From an uncultured bacterium (GTDB lineage Bacteria; Hydrothermota; UBA3073; NMUJ01; CBEVQO01), in contig CBEVQO010000001.1 in assembly GCA_965552055.1 (NCBI GenBank), positions 431,106-495,105 on the forward strand: a DNA stretch of 64,000 bases, read 5' to 3'. Every line of letters starts with the position of its first letter. Position 1 is the stretch's first letter. Position numbers and translations under genes: made by a program. Below are positions 36,021 through 44,368 of the stretch, one piece after another. Under the pieces are notes generated by a model that worked only from the letters and a program-made list of their open reading frames with translations, was not told the origin of the DNA and searched no databases.

Positions 36021-36361
36021 TCTTTCCTTTCTTTAATTCTTATTTTACCGACTTTTTCTCGCAGATAATATAACTTTGCCCTTCTCACCTTTCCTTTTCT
36101 CAGCACTTCGACTTTTACAAGATTGGGAGAATACAGGGGATAAATCCTTTCCACACCGTAGCCCTGAAAGACCTCACGAACTGTAAATGTTTTATTTACT
36201 CCTTCTCCTCTTTTCCTTATAACAACACCTTCAAATCGCTGTATCCTTTCCTTATCGCCTTCGCGTATTTTCCACAGCACTCTTACGCGATCACCTGGTC
36301 TGAAATCCTGAACATTCTCATTCTGCTTTGTAAAGTTCTTTAAATATTCTTGCAAATTCAT
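36017..36361 (-). CDS. rplS: 50S ribosomal protein L19
   Basis: [31 protein letters not shown]. Confidence 0.97.
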   Translation of the reverse strand: MNLQEYLKNFTKQNENVQDFRPGDRVRVLWKIREGDKERIQRFEGVVIRKRGEGVNKTFTVREVFQGYGVERIYPLYSPNLVKVEVLRKGKVRRAKLYYLREKVGKIRIKERKE

Positions 36362-37025
36362 CTCGCCTCCTTTGTAGAAACCTTTCCTTTATCTCCTCGG
36401 ACTTCTTCTTTCTCCATTCTGCAATCAATTTGTGATTACCTGATACAAGGACATCCGGGACTCTCATTCCTTTGAATTCACGGGGAACAGTGTAGTGAGG
36501 CGGGTCAAACGCACCCTCTTCAAAAGTGTCTGTTAAAGCCGAAGAAATATCACCAATAACACCCGGCAATAAGCGGGCAACAGTCTCAATTATAACAAAA
36601 GCGCCTATCTCTCCTCCTGATAAAATATAATCACCTATTGAAATTTCATCATCAATCAAAAACTCTCTTACTCTATTATCAACTCCTTTATATCTTCCAC
36701 AAATCAAAATTAGGTGATTTTTAGAAAGCAATTCTTTTACTAAGAGTTGATTATACAATCTACCCTGGGGCGATAATAGTATTGTGTAGGAGTCCGGGCT
36801 ACGCAACTTCTCCAGAGCATTATAAATTGGCTCTACTTTCATTATCATGCCCGGACCCCCACCATAAGGATAATCATCGACCCTCCGGTGCTTATCACAG
36901 GTAAAATCCCGGAGGTTATGTACCCTTACTTTTAAACTCCCTTTCTCAATTGCTATCCTTACCACCCCCGCAGCCAAAAAGTTATCAAAGAGCTGGGGGA
37001 AGATGGTAAGGACATCTATTTGCAT
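36318..37025 (-). CDS. trmD: tRNA (guanine37-N1)-methyltransferase
   Basis: [38 protein letters not shown]. Confidence 0.97.
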   Translation of the reverse strand: MQIDVLTIFPQLFDNFLAAGVVRIAIEKGSLKVRVHNLRDFTCDKHRRVDDYPYGGGPGMIMKVEPIYNALEKLRSPDSYTILLSPQGRLYNQLLVKELLSKNHLILICGRYKGVDNRVREFLIDDEISIGDYILSGGEIGAFVIIETVARLLPGVIGDISSALTDTFEEGAFDPPHYTVPREFKGMRVPDVLVSGNHKLIAEWRKKKSEEIKERFLQRRRDEFARIFKELYKAE

Positions 37026-37271
37026 TTATTCAAGTATCTCAAGATGCGCACGCTTACCGTGTTTCATAGATGCTGCTGTTACTATTGTCCTTATCGCACG
37101 AGCCATTTTGCCATCTCTTCCTATCACTTTACCGAGGTCTTCTTTCGCGACCCTTAATTCGTATATCGTTATTTTTTCGCCCGCAACTTCCTTTACCTCT
37201 ACTTTATCGGGCGCGTCCACCAATACTTTTGCAATGTCCTCTATCAACTTTTTTAATTGTGCATTCGCCAT
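37026..37271 (-). CDS. khpA: KH-domain RNA-binding protein KhpA
   Basis: [10 protein letters not shown]...AIRTI; canonical position after rpsP. Confidence 0.92.
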   Translation of the reverse strand: MANAQLKKLIEDIAKVLVDAPDKVEVKEVAGEKITIYELRVAKEDLGKVIGRDGKMARAIRTIVTAASMKHGKRAHLEILE

Positions 37272-37272
37272 A

Positions 37273-37515
37273 TCAACCTCCCTCTTTCTTTGCCCTTCTA
37301 TAAAGAGAAAGAACCCTATCAGTAGGCTGGGCGCCTTTCTTTATCCATTCCTCATATTTTTGAACATCAAGTTTAAAATTATCACTCTTTATTGGGTCAT
37401 AATAACCAATACATTCAATATATTTGCCATCTCGCGGCGCCCTTGCATCTGCTACAACAATACGATAAAAAGGTCTATTACGCTTGCCCATCCTCATTAA
37501 CCTTATCCTTACCAT
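37273..37515 (-). CDS. rpsP: 30S ribosomal protein S16
   Basis: [37 protein letters not shown] before ATG 37515. Confidence 0.97.
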   Translation of the reverse strand: MVRIRLMRMGKRNRPFYRIVVADARAPRDGKYIECIGYYDPIKSDNFKLDVQKYEEWIKKGAQPTDRVLSLYRRAKKEGG

Positions 37516-37528
37516 CTCACCCCCTCTT

Positions 37529-37555
37529 AATTTATCCATTTTCAGAATTTGTCAA
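37529..37555 (-). promoter_or_regulatory. Sigma70-like promoter TTGACA-N15-TAAATT (rpsP operon)
   Basis: -35 at 37555-37550, -10 at 37534-37529. Confidence 0.65.
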
Positions 37556-37586
37556 CCAAAAATTTAAAAAATTTTGAAATTTTTAC

Positions 37587-37613
37587 TTGACAAAATGAAA
37601 AATTGATTAAATA
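37587..37613 (+). promoter_or_regulatory. Sigma70-like promoter TTGACA-N15-TAAATA (rpmF operon, leaderless)
   Basis: ATG 37620 lies 6 nt after the -10; the -10 is imperfect. Confidence 0.55.
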
Positions 37614-37619
37614 AAGCGT

Positions 37620-37793
37620 ATGGGTACTCCAAAGAAAAGGCAATCGAGAGCAAGGAAAATGAGAAGAAGGACGCTCGCGATGAAATATACTCCGCCTCAA
37701 CTCATAAAATGTGCTAATTGCGGTAATTTAATATTGCCTCATACACGATGTCCCAACTGCGGATACTATAAAGGCAAAGAAATCACAGTATGA
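37620..37793 (+). CDS. rpmF: 50S ribosomal protein L32 (Zn-ribbon type)
   Basis: Below the track cutoff. Hand translation: MGTPKKRQSRARKMRRRTLAMKYTPPQLIKCANCGNLILPHTRCPNCGYYKGKEITV; precedes plsX. Confidence 0.95.
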   Translation: MGTPKKRQSRARKMRRRTLAMKYTPPQLIKCANCGNLILPHTRCPNCGYYKGKEITV

Positions 37794-38752
37794 GAATAGC
37801 AATCGATGCAATGGGTGGAGATAAAGCTCCTGATGTTGTGATAGAGGCACTGAAAGATTTAAAAATTGATGCAGAATTAATTGCAGTGGGTAAAAAGGAA
37901 GTGCTTGAAAACAGAATTGAAAATGCAGAAATCGTGGATGCACCTGAAGTTATAGGTATGGATGAACATCCTTTAAAAGCCATAAGAGAGAAAAAGGAAT
38001 CTTCAATTGTTAAAGGTGTGAAGTTGATAAAAGAGGGCAAAGCCGATGCTTTTCTTGGTGCAGGGAACACAGGTGCTTATGTTGCAGCAGCTACCCTTAT
38101 GCTTGGCAGAATAAAAGGAGTAATTCGACCTGCTCTTGGAACTTTTTTCCCGACCGTTAAAGGTTATACTTTAGTTGTAGATGTTGGAGCGAATTCCGAA
38201 TGCAAGCCCGAACACTTATTACAATTTGGGATAATGGGAAGCATATTTTACGGTATCGTTTTTGAAAAAGAAAATCCAACTGTTGGACTGCTTTCAATTG
38301 GAGAAGAAGATATAAAGGGCTCTTCTTTATCAAAAAAAGCATTTGAATTGTTAAAAGATAGTGGCTTAAATTTTATAGGAAATGTAGAGGGGCATCAAAT
38401 TTTGTATGGTGTTTCCGATGTCGTCGTATGCGATGGTTTTGTAGGCAATGCTATTTTAAAATTTGGCGAAAGTATTGTTGAAATTATTTTCAATCACATA
38501 AAAAATGCATCGAAATCTTCTTTTCGCGGTATGCTTGGTGCGATTTTATTAAAGCCAAGTTTAAAAGAACTGGCAAAAAGGATGGATTACGAAGAATATG
38601 GAGGTGCACTGTTGATGGGAGTAAACGGCATCGTGATAATATGTCATGGAAGGTCATCACCAAGGGCTATTAGGAATGCAATAAAAATGGCGTATAATCT
38701 TTGTAAAATGCAAATAAATAAAAAAATAGAGGAGAGATTATGCACAAATTAA
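37790..38752 (+). CDS. plsX: Phosphate acyltransferase PlsX
   Basis: IAIDAMGGD, AGNTGA, DVGAN, DVVVCDGFVGN, CHGRS. Confidence 0.97.
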   Translation: MRIAIDAMGGDKAPDVVIEALKDLKIDAELIAVGKKEVLENRIENAEIVDAPEVIGMDEHPLKAIREKKESSIVKGVKLIKEGKADAFLGAGNTGAYVAAATLMLGRIKGVIRPALGTFFPTVKGYTLVVDVGANSECKPEHLLQFGIMGSIFYGIVFEKENPTVGLLSIGEEDIKGSSLSKKAFELLKDSGLNFIGNVEGHQILYGVSDVVVCDGFVGNAILKFGESIVEIIFNHIKNASKSSFRGMLGAILLKPSLKELAKRMDYEEYGGALLMGVNGIVIICHGRSSPRAIRNAIKMAYNLCKMQINKKIEERLCTN

Positions 38753-39528
38753 GAAAACCTTTAATAGCAGGAAACTGGAAGATGCACAAATTGATAACGG
38801 AGACGAGGGAATATGTGAAAGATTTGAAAAAGAGAATCGAGAACATTGAATATGTTGAAGTAGCAATAGCTCCACCTTTCACCGTGCTATTTGTAGCAAA
38901 AGCCAATATGGGTGGCTCAAACCTGAAGCTCGCTGCTCAGGATGTCTTCTGGGAGGACGAAGGAGCATACACAGGTGAGATTTCACCAAAATTCCTGTGG
39001 GATCTGGGATGCGATTATGTAATAATCGGACATTCCGAAAGAAGAAAATATTTCGGAGAAACAGACGAAGATGTAAATAAGAAAATAAAAGCTGCTTTGC
39101 GACACAATATCATCCCGGTTGTATGCGTGGGCGAAACATTAGAAGAAAGAGAAAAAGGAATAACTTTTGATGTCTTAAAAAGACAATTTTCAGCATTCAA
39201 CGACCTATCACCCGATGATATGAAGAAACTGGTAATCGCATACGAGCCCGTCTGGGCAATAGGCACAGGCAAAACAGCTACCCCTGATACCGCTCAGGAA
39301 GCACAATCTTTTATCAGAAATTTAATCAAAGAAAAATTTAACGAAGATGTGGCACAAAAAGTAAGGATTTTATACGGCGGAAGTATAAAACCCGATAATA
39401 TTGCTGATCTGGTTGCACAACCTGATATTGATGGTGGACTCGTAGGAGGTGCAAGTTTAAATGTTGATAGTTTTTATAAGATAATTGAGAATACGGAAAA
39501 AGTTTACAAAGAAAAATGCGTGGCTTAA
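38740..39528 (+). CDS. tpiA: Triosephosphate isomerase
   Basis: AGNWKM, GHSERR, AYEPVWAIGTG, YGGS, LVGGASL. Confidence 0.98.
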   Translation: MHKLRKPLIAGNWKMHKLITETREYVKDLKKRIENIEYVEVAIAPPFTVLFVAKANMGGSNLKLAAQDVFWEDEGAYTGEISPKFLWDLGCDYVIIGHSERRKYFGETDEDVNKKIKAALRHNIIPVVCVGETLEEREKGITFDVLKRQFSAFNDLSPDDMKKLVIAYEPVWAIGTGKTATPDTAQEAQSFIRNLIKEKFNEDVAQKVRILYGGSIKPDNIADLVAQPDIDGGLVGGASLNVDSFYKIIENTEKVYKEKCVA

Positions 39529-39743
39529 TTACTGGCATACATGTATTTGTTTCAATACTATTGATTCTGGCGATACTTCTTCATCAGCCTCAGAGGGGTG
39601 GTTTAAGCGTATTTCTTGGAGGCGGAGGCGAATTCTTCGGCGGTAGAGGCGCTGCTCCTTTCCTCACAAAGACCGTTATCGTATTGGGGATTATTTTCGG
39701 CATCACCACATTTACCCTTGCATTTTTATATAAGACGCATTAA
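39516..39743 (+). CDS. secG: Preprotein translocase subunit SecG
   Basis: Two TMs flanking a Gly-rich loop, FLTKT; follows tpiA. Confidence 0.88.
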   Translation: MRGLITGIHVFVSILLILAILLHQPQRGGLSVFLGGGGEFFGGRGAAPFLTKTVIVLGIIFGITTFTLAFLYKTH

Positions 39744-39744
39744 A

Positions 39745-40056
39745 ATGGAAAGAGCAATTATTCAAATAGGCAGTTTTCAATATAGGGTAAAACCGGGTGA
39801 CAGAATAAAAGTGGAAAAACTGGAAGACACCAAGGAAGACCTCATCTTTCCTGTGCTCGCCTATTTCGAGGATGATAAAGTAATTTACGGACAGCCCTAT
39901 GTCGAGAATGTAAAATGCAAAGCAAAGATAGTGGGACACGGGAAACACAAAAAGGTGATAATCTTCAAACACATACCGAAAAAGCACCACGACAAAAAGA
40001 TAGGACACAGACAGCCATACACGGAAATTGAAATACTTGGCTTCATAAAAGAGTAA
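39745..40056 (+). CDS. rplU: 50S ribosomal protein L21
   Basis: AIIQIGSFQYRV, GQPYV, GHRQPYTEI; true start ATG 39745. Confidence 0.93.
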   Translation: MERAIIQIGSFQYRVKPGDRIKVEKLEDTKEDLIFPVLAYFEDDKVIYGQPYVENVKCKAKIVGHGKHKKVIIFKHIPKKHHDKKIGHRQPYTEIEILGFIKE

Positions 40057-40057
40057 A

Positions 40058-40270
40058 TTGATTAGAAACAGACAACTCATCGAAAATTTTGAAAAAATTA
40101 TATTATCCAGAGACAATTCGAACTATTTTAAAAAACTTGAAATTTATGAAGAAATGTATAAATGGGCAAAATTTCTGCAAGTTTTTCCTTTAAAAAATCC
40201 AATGGAAGGAATAGAGGTTGACATAAAAGTAGCAAAAATATTAAATGGTATTCAAAAAAATAAAGCGTAA
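40058..40270 (+). CDS. Small conserved hypothetical protein
   Basis: 70 aa with motif VFPLKNPMEGIEVDIKVAKILN, resembling small proteins that from memory often precede nucleotidyltransferase genes. Confidence 0.55.
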   Translation: MIRNRQLIENFEKIILSRDNSNYFKKLEIYEEMYKWAKFLQVFPLKNPMEGIEVDIKVAKILNGIQKNKA

Positions 40271-41016
40271 AGGGTTGAACCTGAACCAGACAAAGAAACT
40301 GCCTTGAAACCTTTTTCTATCAAAAAATTTTTGATTTCATTGTAAACAGGATAATGCTTGAAAATCACTTTTTCAAAATCATTTTTCAGATTCTTACTTA
40401 CTTTCTCAATATTTTTCTCTCTCAAACCCTCAATCAGTTCATCAAAGTTTATCTCTTCATCTTTGGGTTTCAACCTGTCAAATTCTTCGTATGCCCATTT
40501 TGTTGAGATAGAAAACCCTGGATTTATCAATAAAATCTTAATCTCTGGCAAAAAATTTAAAGGCTTTACTATTTCGCCTCTGCCTTCTACTTTACACAAT
40601 CCTCCTTTCAGGAAAAAAAGAGTGTCACTACCGATACCGAGACATATCTCTTTCATCTGATTTTCATCAAGAGGTTCTCCAAAAAGTTTATTCAGGGCTT
40701 TTAATGTAGCAACAGCATCGGAGCTACCACCACCAAGACCAGCACCAAGCCATATTCTTTTATCCAGCTCTATCCTGACATTATCATCCAAACCCGTATA
40801 TTGAAAAAATTGTTTTGCAACTTTTACACATAAATTCTCCTCTCCAAATGGAGGAAAATTTGTAAAAAATTCAAATCTATCGGAATATCCAACCCTTATA
40901 ATGTCATAAAAATTAATTTGCAAAAATAAGCTCTCAATTTCATGATACCCATCTTCTCTTTTTCTTTTTATTTTCAATCCGAGATTTATTTTTGCGTATG
41001 CTTTTTCTTCTATCAA
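40252..41016 (-). CDS. ispE: 4-diphosphocytidyl-2-C-methyl-D-erythritol kinase
   Basis: AKINLGL, DGYHEI, GAGLGGGSSDA, GSDT, NDFE, LSGSGST; short C-terminus. Confidence 0.93.
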   Translation of the reverse strand: MIEEKAYAKINLGLKIKRKREDGYHEIESLFLQINFYDIIRVGYSDRFEFFTNFPPFGEENLCVKVAKQFFQYTGLDDNVRIELDKRIWLGAGLGGGSSDAVATLKALNKLFGEPLDENQMKEICLGIGSDTLFFLKGGLCKVEGRGEIVKPLNFLPEIKILLINPGFSISTKWAYEEFDRLKPKDEEINFDELIEGLREKNIEKVSKNLKNDFEKVIFKHYPVYNEIKNFLIEKGFKAVSLSGSGSTLYALFF

Positions 41017-41018
41017 AT

Positions 41019-41582
41019 TCAGGAGAATGCTTCTTCCACAATCTCACATATAATATGACCGATTAAAATATGGCTTTCCTGTATTCTCTGTGTATCTTCT
41101 GATGGCACCTTTATACAAACATCTGACTTTTCGCATAGCAAATCGCCTTTCTTACCTGTCAATCCTATAACTTTCATACCTCTCTCTTTTGCCTTATCAA
41201 CTGCTCTTAAAACATTTTTTGACCTGCCACTAGTACTTATTGCGATTAAAACATCTCCTTCTTCACCAAGTGCTTCCACCTGTCTTTCGAAGACGATTTC
41301 GAAATCGTCATCATTTGATATAGCTGTTAGAACCGAGGTATTTACTGTTAATGCAATTGCTGGTAAAGCTTTTCTTCTTTTTTTAAGTTTTGCAACGAGT
41401 TCACATGCGATATGCTGGGAATCAGCGGCGCTACCGCCGTTACCGCAAAGCAAAACCTTTTTGCCACTCCGTAAAGCATCAAGCACAAGATTTGCAGCCA
41501 TCTCGATTTCTAACGCTTCCTCCTTAAGAAGTTCTTTTGTCCTTATATTCTCCTCTATTGATTTTATTATCCTTTCCTTCAT
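41019..41582 (-). CDS. gmhA: Phosphoheptose isomerase
   Basis: CGNGGSAADSQH, ND...FERQ, ISTSGRS, RIQESH. Confidence 0.93.
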   Translation of the reverse strand: MKERIIKSIEENIRTKELLKEEALEIEMAANLVLDALRSGKKVLLCGNGGSAADSQHIACELVAKLKKRRKALPAIALTVNTSVLTAISNDDDFEIVFERQVEALGEEGDVLIAISTSGRSKNVLRAVDKAKERGMKVIGLTGKKGDLLCEKSDVCIKVPSEDTQRIQESHILIGHIICEIVEEAFS

Positions 41583-42310
41583 CTGTTCTTTTTCTTACCA
41601 AGTGAGAGTATTAATTCTACTTCTCCTTTTCCTACGCCCAATCTTTTTGCTATCTCCTGAGTCGTGAAACCTTTATCTCTCAGGTAAAATACTTCCGCTA
41701 TCTTCTGGCGCCTGTTGATTTCCGAAACTGTTTGCAATTTCCTTTCTATTTCTTCAAATTTCTCCTTAAGAGGGTCATCTTCTTCTCTTTTCAACAGCCT
41801 TTCAACATCCTGTGTCAAACTTCTAACGAGTTCTTTCATGGACTCAAGTTTTTCTTTTTCCTCTTTTTCTTTTTGTGAACGCTTTGCAAGCACTATCAGA
41901 AAAATAAAAGTCATAATAGCCATACCAATCACTATACCTTTACCTGTAGGCATAACCTGAGAAGTTGTCTTCTGATTCTTTAAAAGACTTTTCAAAGTTT
42001 CCATTTCTTCTCTAATCTCTGTCACGGATTTACTTAATTCGTCAACTGTTATTTTAAGGGATGCAATTTCATCTTCCATATTTTTAAATCTTTCGAGGTA
42101 AATTTTTCCGTCTCCGCTTTTCGTATTGTTTTTTTCAAGTTTCTTCAATCTTCTGGATAACGAATAGGTGGTATTTTTGAGTATTTTTAAGTCCTTCTGT
42201 ACTTTTGCATATTTTTGATTTAATTCGTAGAAAAGATTTCCGAGAGTAGCGAGGTTATATCCTGATGTCTTTGTCATTACAAATAGCGCTATTATTGCAC
42301 AGACCCTCAT
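41579..42310 (-). CDS. Flagellar-operon membrane protein with coiled coil, TM and C-terminal HTH (DUF6115/DUF2802-like)
   Basis: C-terminal EIAKRLGVGKGEVELILSL; lies downstream of fliA. Confidence 0.6.
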   Translation of the reverse strand: MRVCAIIALFVMTKTSGYNLATLGNLFYELNQKYAKVQKDLKILKNTTYSLSRRLKKLEKNNTKSGDGKIYLERFKNMEDEIASLKITVDELSKSVTEIREEMETLKSLLKNQKTTSQVMPTGKGIVIGMAIMTFIFLIVLAKRSQKEKEEKEKLESMKELVRSLTQDVERLLKREEDDPLKEKFEEIERKLQTVSEINRRQKIAEVFYLRDKGFTTQEIAKRLGVGKGEVELILSLGKKKNR

Positions 42311-42322
42311 CTCCCCCTCCTT

Positions 42323-42562
42323 TTAAGCAATTTCATCAACGATGCCTCCAAGCCCACCTCCCTCCTTCTCCTCTTTTTCATTATGCAAAATTCGTGTCTC
42401 TTCTTTCTCTTTTTCAAATTTTTTTTCTTTCTTCTTTTCTCTTTTGCCTGTTATTTCTTCTATAACCTTTTTGAATTCATCTTTGTCTTTTGGCTCTCTC
42501 CTTTCTATTTTTCTAACTTCGGGCGAAGGTTTTGGAGGTTCTATTCTTCCGACTTCGTTCAT
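42323..42562 (-). CDS. Small charged hypothetical protein
   Basis: ATGA-coupled to fliA; ends GGIVDEIA. Confidence 0.55.
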   Translation of the reverse strand: MNEVGRIEPPKPSPEVRKIERREPKDKDEFKKVIEEITGKREKKKEKKFEKEKEETRILHNEKEEKEGGGLGGIVDEIA

Positions 42563-43317
42563 TTTTCCATGAATCTGGAAAGTTTGCCTCTCAATCGCAT
42601 TAATGCTCTTGTATGCAACTGAAAGACCCTGACCTCTGATATGCCCATAATCTTCCCTATTTCTTTTCTCGTCAAATTCTCATAGTAATAAAGTGTTATA
42701 ACCAATCTTTCTCTCTCCGGTAGTTCTTCTATTGCTTTTATCAGTGCATTTTTTATTTCTTCTTTTGAAATTTTTTCGATAATCTCTTCCTCATCATCTT
42801 CTGTTGAGATAAATTCTGCCAATTCATGCTGATTGTCCCCGGGATAAGGATTTGATTCGAGTGATAAAATTATACCTGCGTTCACTTTCATAAATGCTTC
42901 CCTTATTTCTTCAACATCGATTCCCATTTCTTTGGCTACTTCTTCATCTGTCACAGGTCTTTTATATTTCTGTTCGAGTTCGGCATATTTTTTCTCGATT
43001 TCTTTAACCTTTTTACGCAAAGACCTTGAAACCCAGTCCAGTTTTCTTAACTCATCTATTATTACTCTCTTTACAACCATTGTAGCATAATTTTTGAATT
43101 TCATTTTTGAATTTATGTCGTATTTATCTATTGCTTCAAGCAGACCCATCACACCTATTGACATTAAATCCTCTTCATCGATGGCAGGCGGTAAAACAGG
43201 AGATAAATGCCTTATCACCCATTTAACAACCGGAATATATTTCAACACCAATTTTTCACGAACCTTGGGGTCATCTTTTTTCTTCAGAAGCTCTTTTATT
43301 TCAGTCTCCTGATTCAT
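42559..43317 (-). CDS. fliA: Flagellar sigma factor sigma-28
   Basis: DLMSIGVMGLLEA, IIDELRKLDWVSR, LYYYENLT..EIG..MGISEVRVFQLH. Confidence 0.95.
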   Translation of the reverse strand: MNQETEIKELLKKKDDPKVREKLVLKYIPVVKWVIRHLSPVLPPAIDEEDLMSIGVMGLLEAIDKYDINSKMKFKNYATMVVKRVIIDELRKLDWVSRSLRKKVKEIEKKYAELEQKYKRPVTDEEVAKEMGIDVEEIREAFMKVNAGIILSLESNPYPGDNQHELAEFISTEDDEEEIIEKISKEEIKNALIKAIEELPERERLVITLYYYENLTRKEIGKIMGISEVRVFQLHTRALMRLRGKLSRFMEK

Positions 43318-44368
43318 CGTGTCTGAATTTTATTTTTTTACCATACCTGTAAAATTCGCCAAAATTTGCGAGCTTAACATATCCGCCTGATTTAACGGTA
43401 CCAGTTAGTTCGTCTATAAATACATTTATTACTTCGGCAACTTTTTCCTGCAAGCCCATCTCCTTTATATCTTTGTCAGCCATTACCTCTCTTATTAAAT
43501 CGACCTTTGTTACTTTACCTGTTTTCTCTCTTTCTGCAATTATTCTTTCGAATAAATCCATCTTCTTTTCTGCTTCTTCGAATTTCAGTATTTTTCGTGC
43601 AATATCTCTTATGCAACCTGATGCAAGTGAATCTGGCTGAAGAAGGACAAAAGGTTTACGCTCCTGAACCGCTCTCCTTACCACATTATCCTGATAAATG
43701 AAGCCAAGATTTTCTACCTCCACTCCCAGAAATTGTCTCACCATGTTTTGTATCTTTTGGGCAACTTCTTCGCCGTTTTCCCCTTCGCTCACCATATTTA
43801 GCAGAAGATAAATCTTAAGGTCAGGTCTCCTTGATGCCGTCACCTTTATTATCGCATAAGCATCAGCCATAGCAGTAATCTCAGGCGTAGTTATAACTAC
43901 TACTTCATCAGAAGCTAGCAAAAAGCTTATCACATTTTGTGCAATTCCAGCAGGAGTATCGATAAAGAGGTAATCTGCTTCGGATTCAAGTTTTTTGAAT
44001 TCATGGATAAATCTCTGACGAGTTGCTTCGTCTAAATTCGCCAGCTCTTCCATCCCAGATGACGCAGGGATTATTTTTATCCCAAGGGGTCCTTCCACTA
44101 TTATGTCTTTAAGATTAACTTCACCGAAGATAACATGATAAAGAGTATATTGTGGAGCTATACCAAAGAGTAAGTCAATATTTGCGAGTGACATATCGGC
44201 ATCAAGTACTATTACCCTTTTTCCGTATTCTGCCAGCACACATGCAAGATTTACCACAACATTTGTCTTACCAACTCCTCCTTTACCGCTCGTAAATGAT
44301 ATTATCTTGGCAAGTTTCTGTCTCTTATTATTTACAATTTCCCTTAATCTTTTTGCCTGATCATTCAT
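43301..44368 (-). CDS. flhG: FlhG/FleN MinD-like ATPase with a C-terminal HU/IHF-like domain
   Basis: DQAKRLR activator motif, SGKGGVGKT, LDADM, TTPE; extra ~70-aa tail. Confidence 0.92.
   Translation of the reverse strand: MNDQAKRLREIVNNKRQKLAKIISFTSGKGGVGKTNVVVNLACVLAEYGKRVIVLDADMSLANIDLLFGIAPQYTLYHVIFGEVNLKDIIVEGPLGIKIIPASSGMEELANLDEATRQRFIHEFKKLESEADYLFIDTPAGIAQNVISFLLASDEVVVITTPEITAMADAYAIIKVTASRRPDLKIYLLLNMVSEGENGEEVAQKIQNMVRQFLGVEVENLGFIYQDNVVRRAVQERKPFVLLQPDSLASGCIRDIARKILKFEEAEKKMDLFERIIAEREKTGKVTKVDLIREVMADKDIKEMGLQEKVAEVINVFIDELTGTVKSGGYVKLANFGEFYRYGKKIKFRHDESGD

Noticed and set aside
40252..40300. ispE as a truncated pseudogene
   Set aside because: All catalytic and ATP-binding motifs through SGSGST are present; only the variable tail is short.
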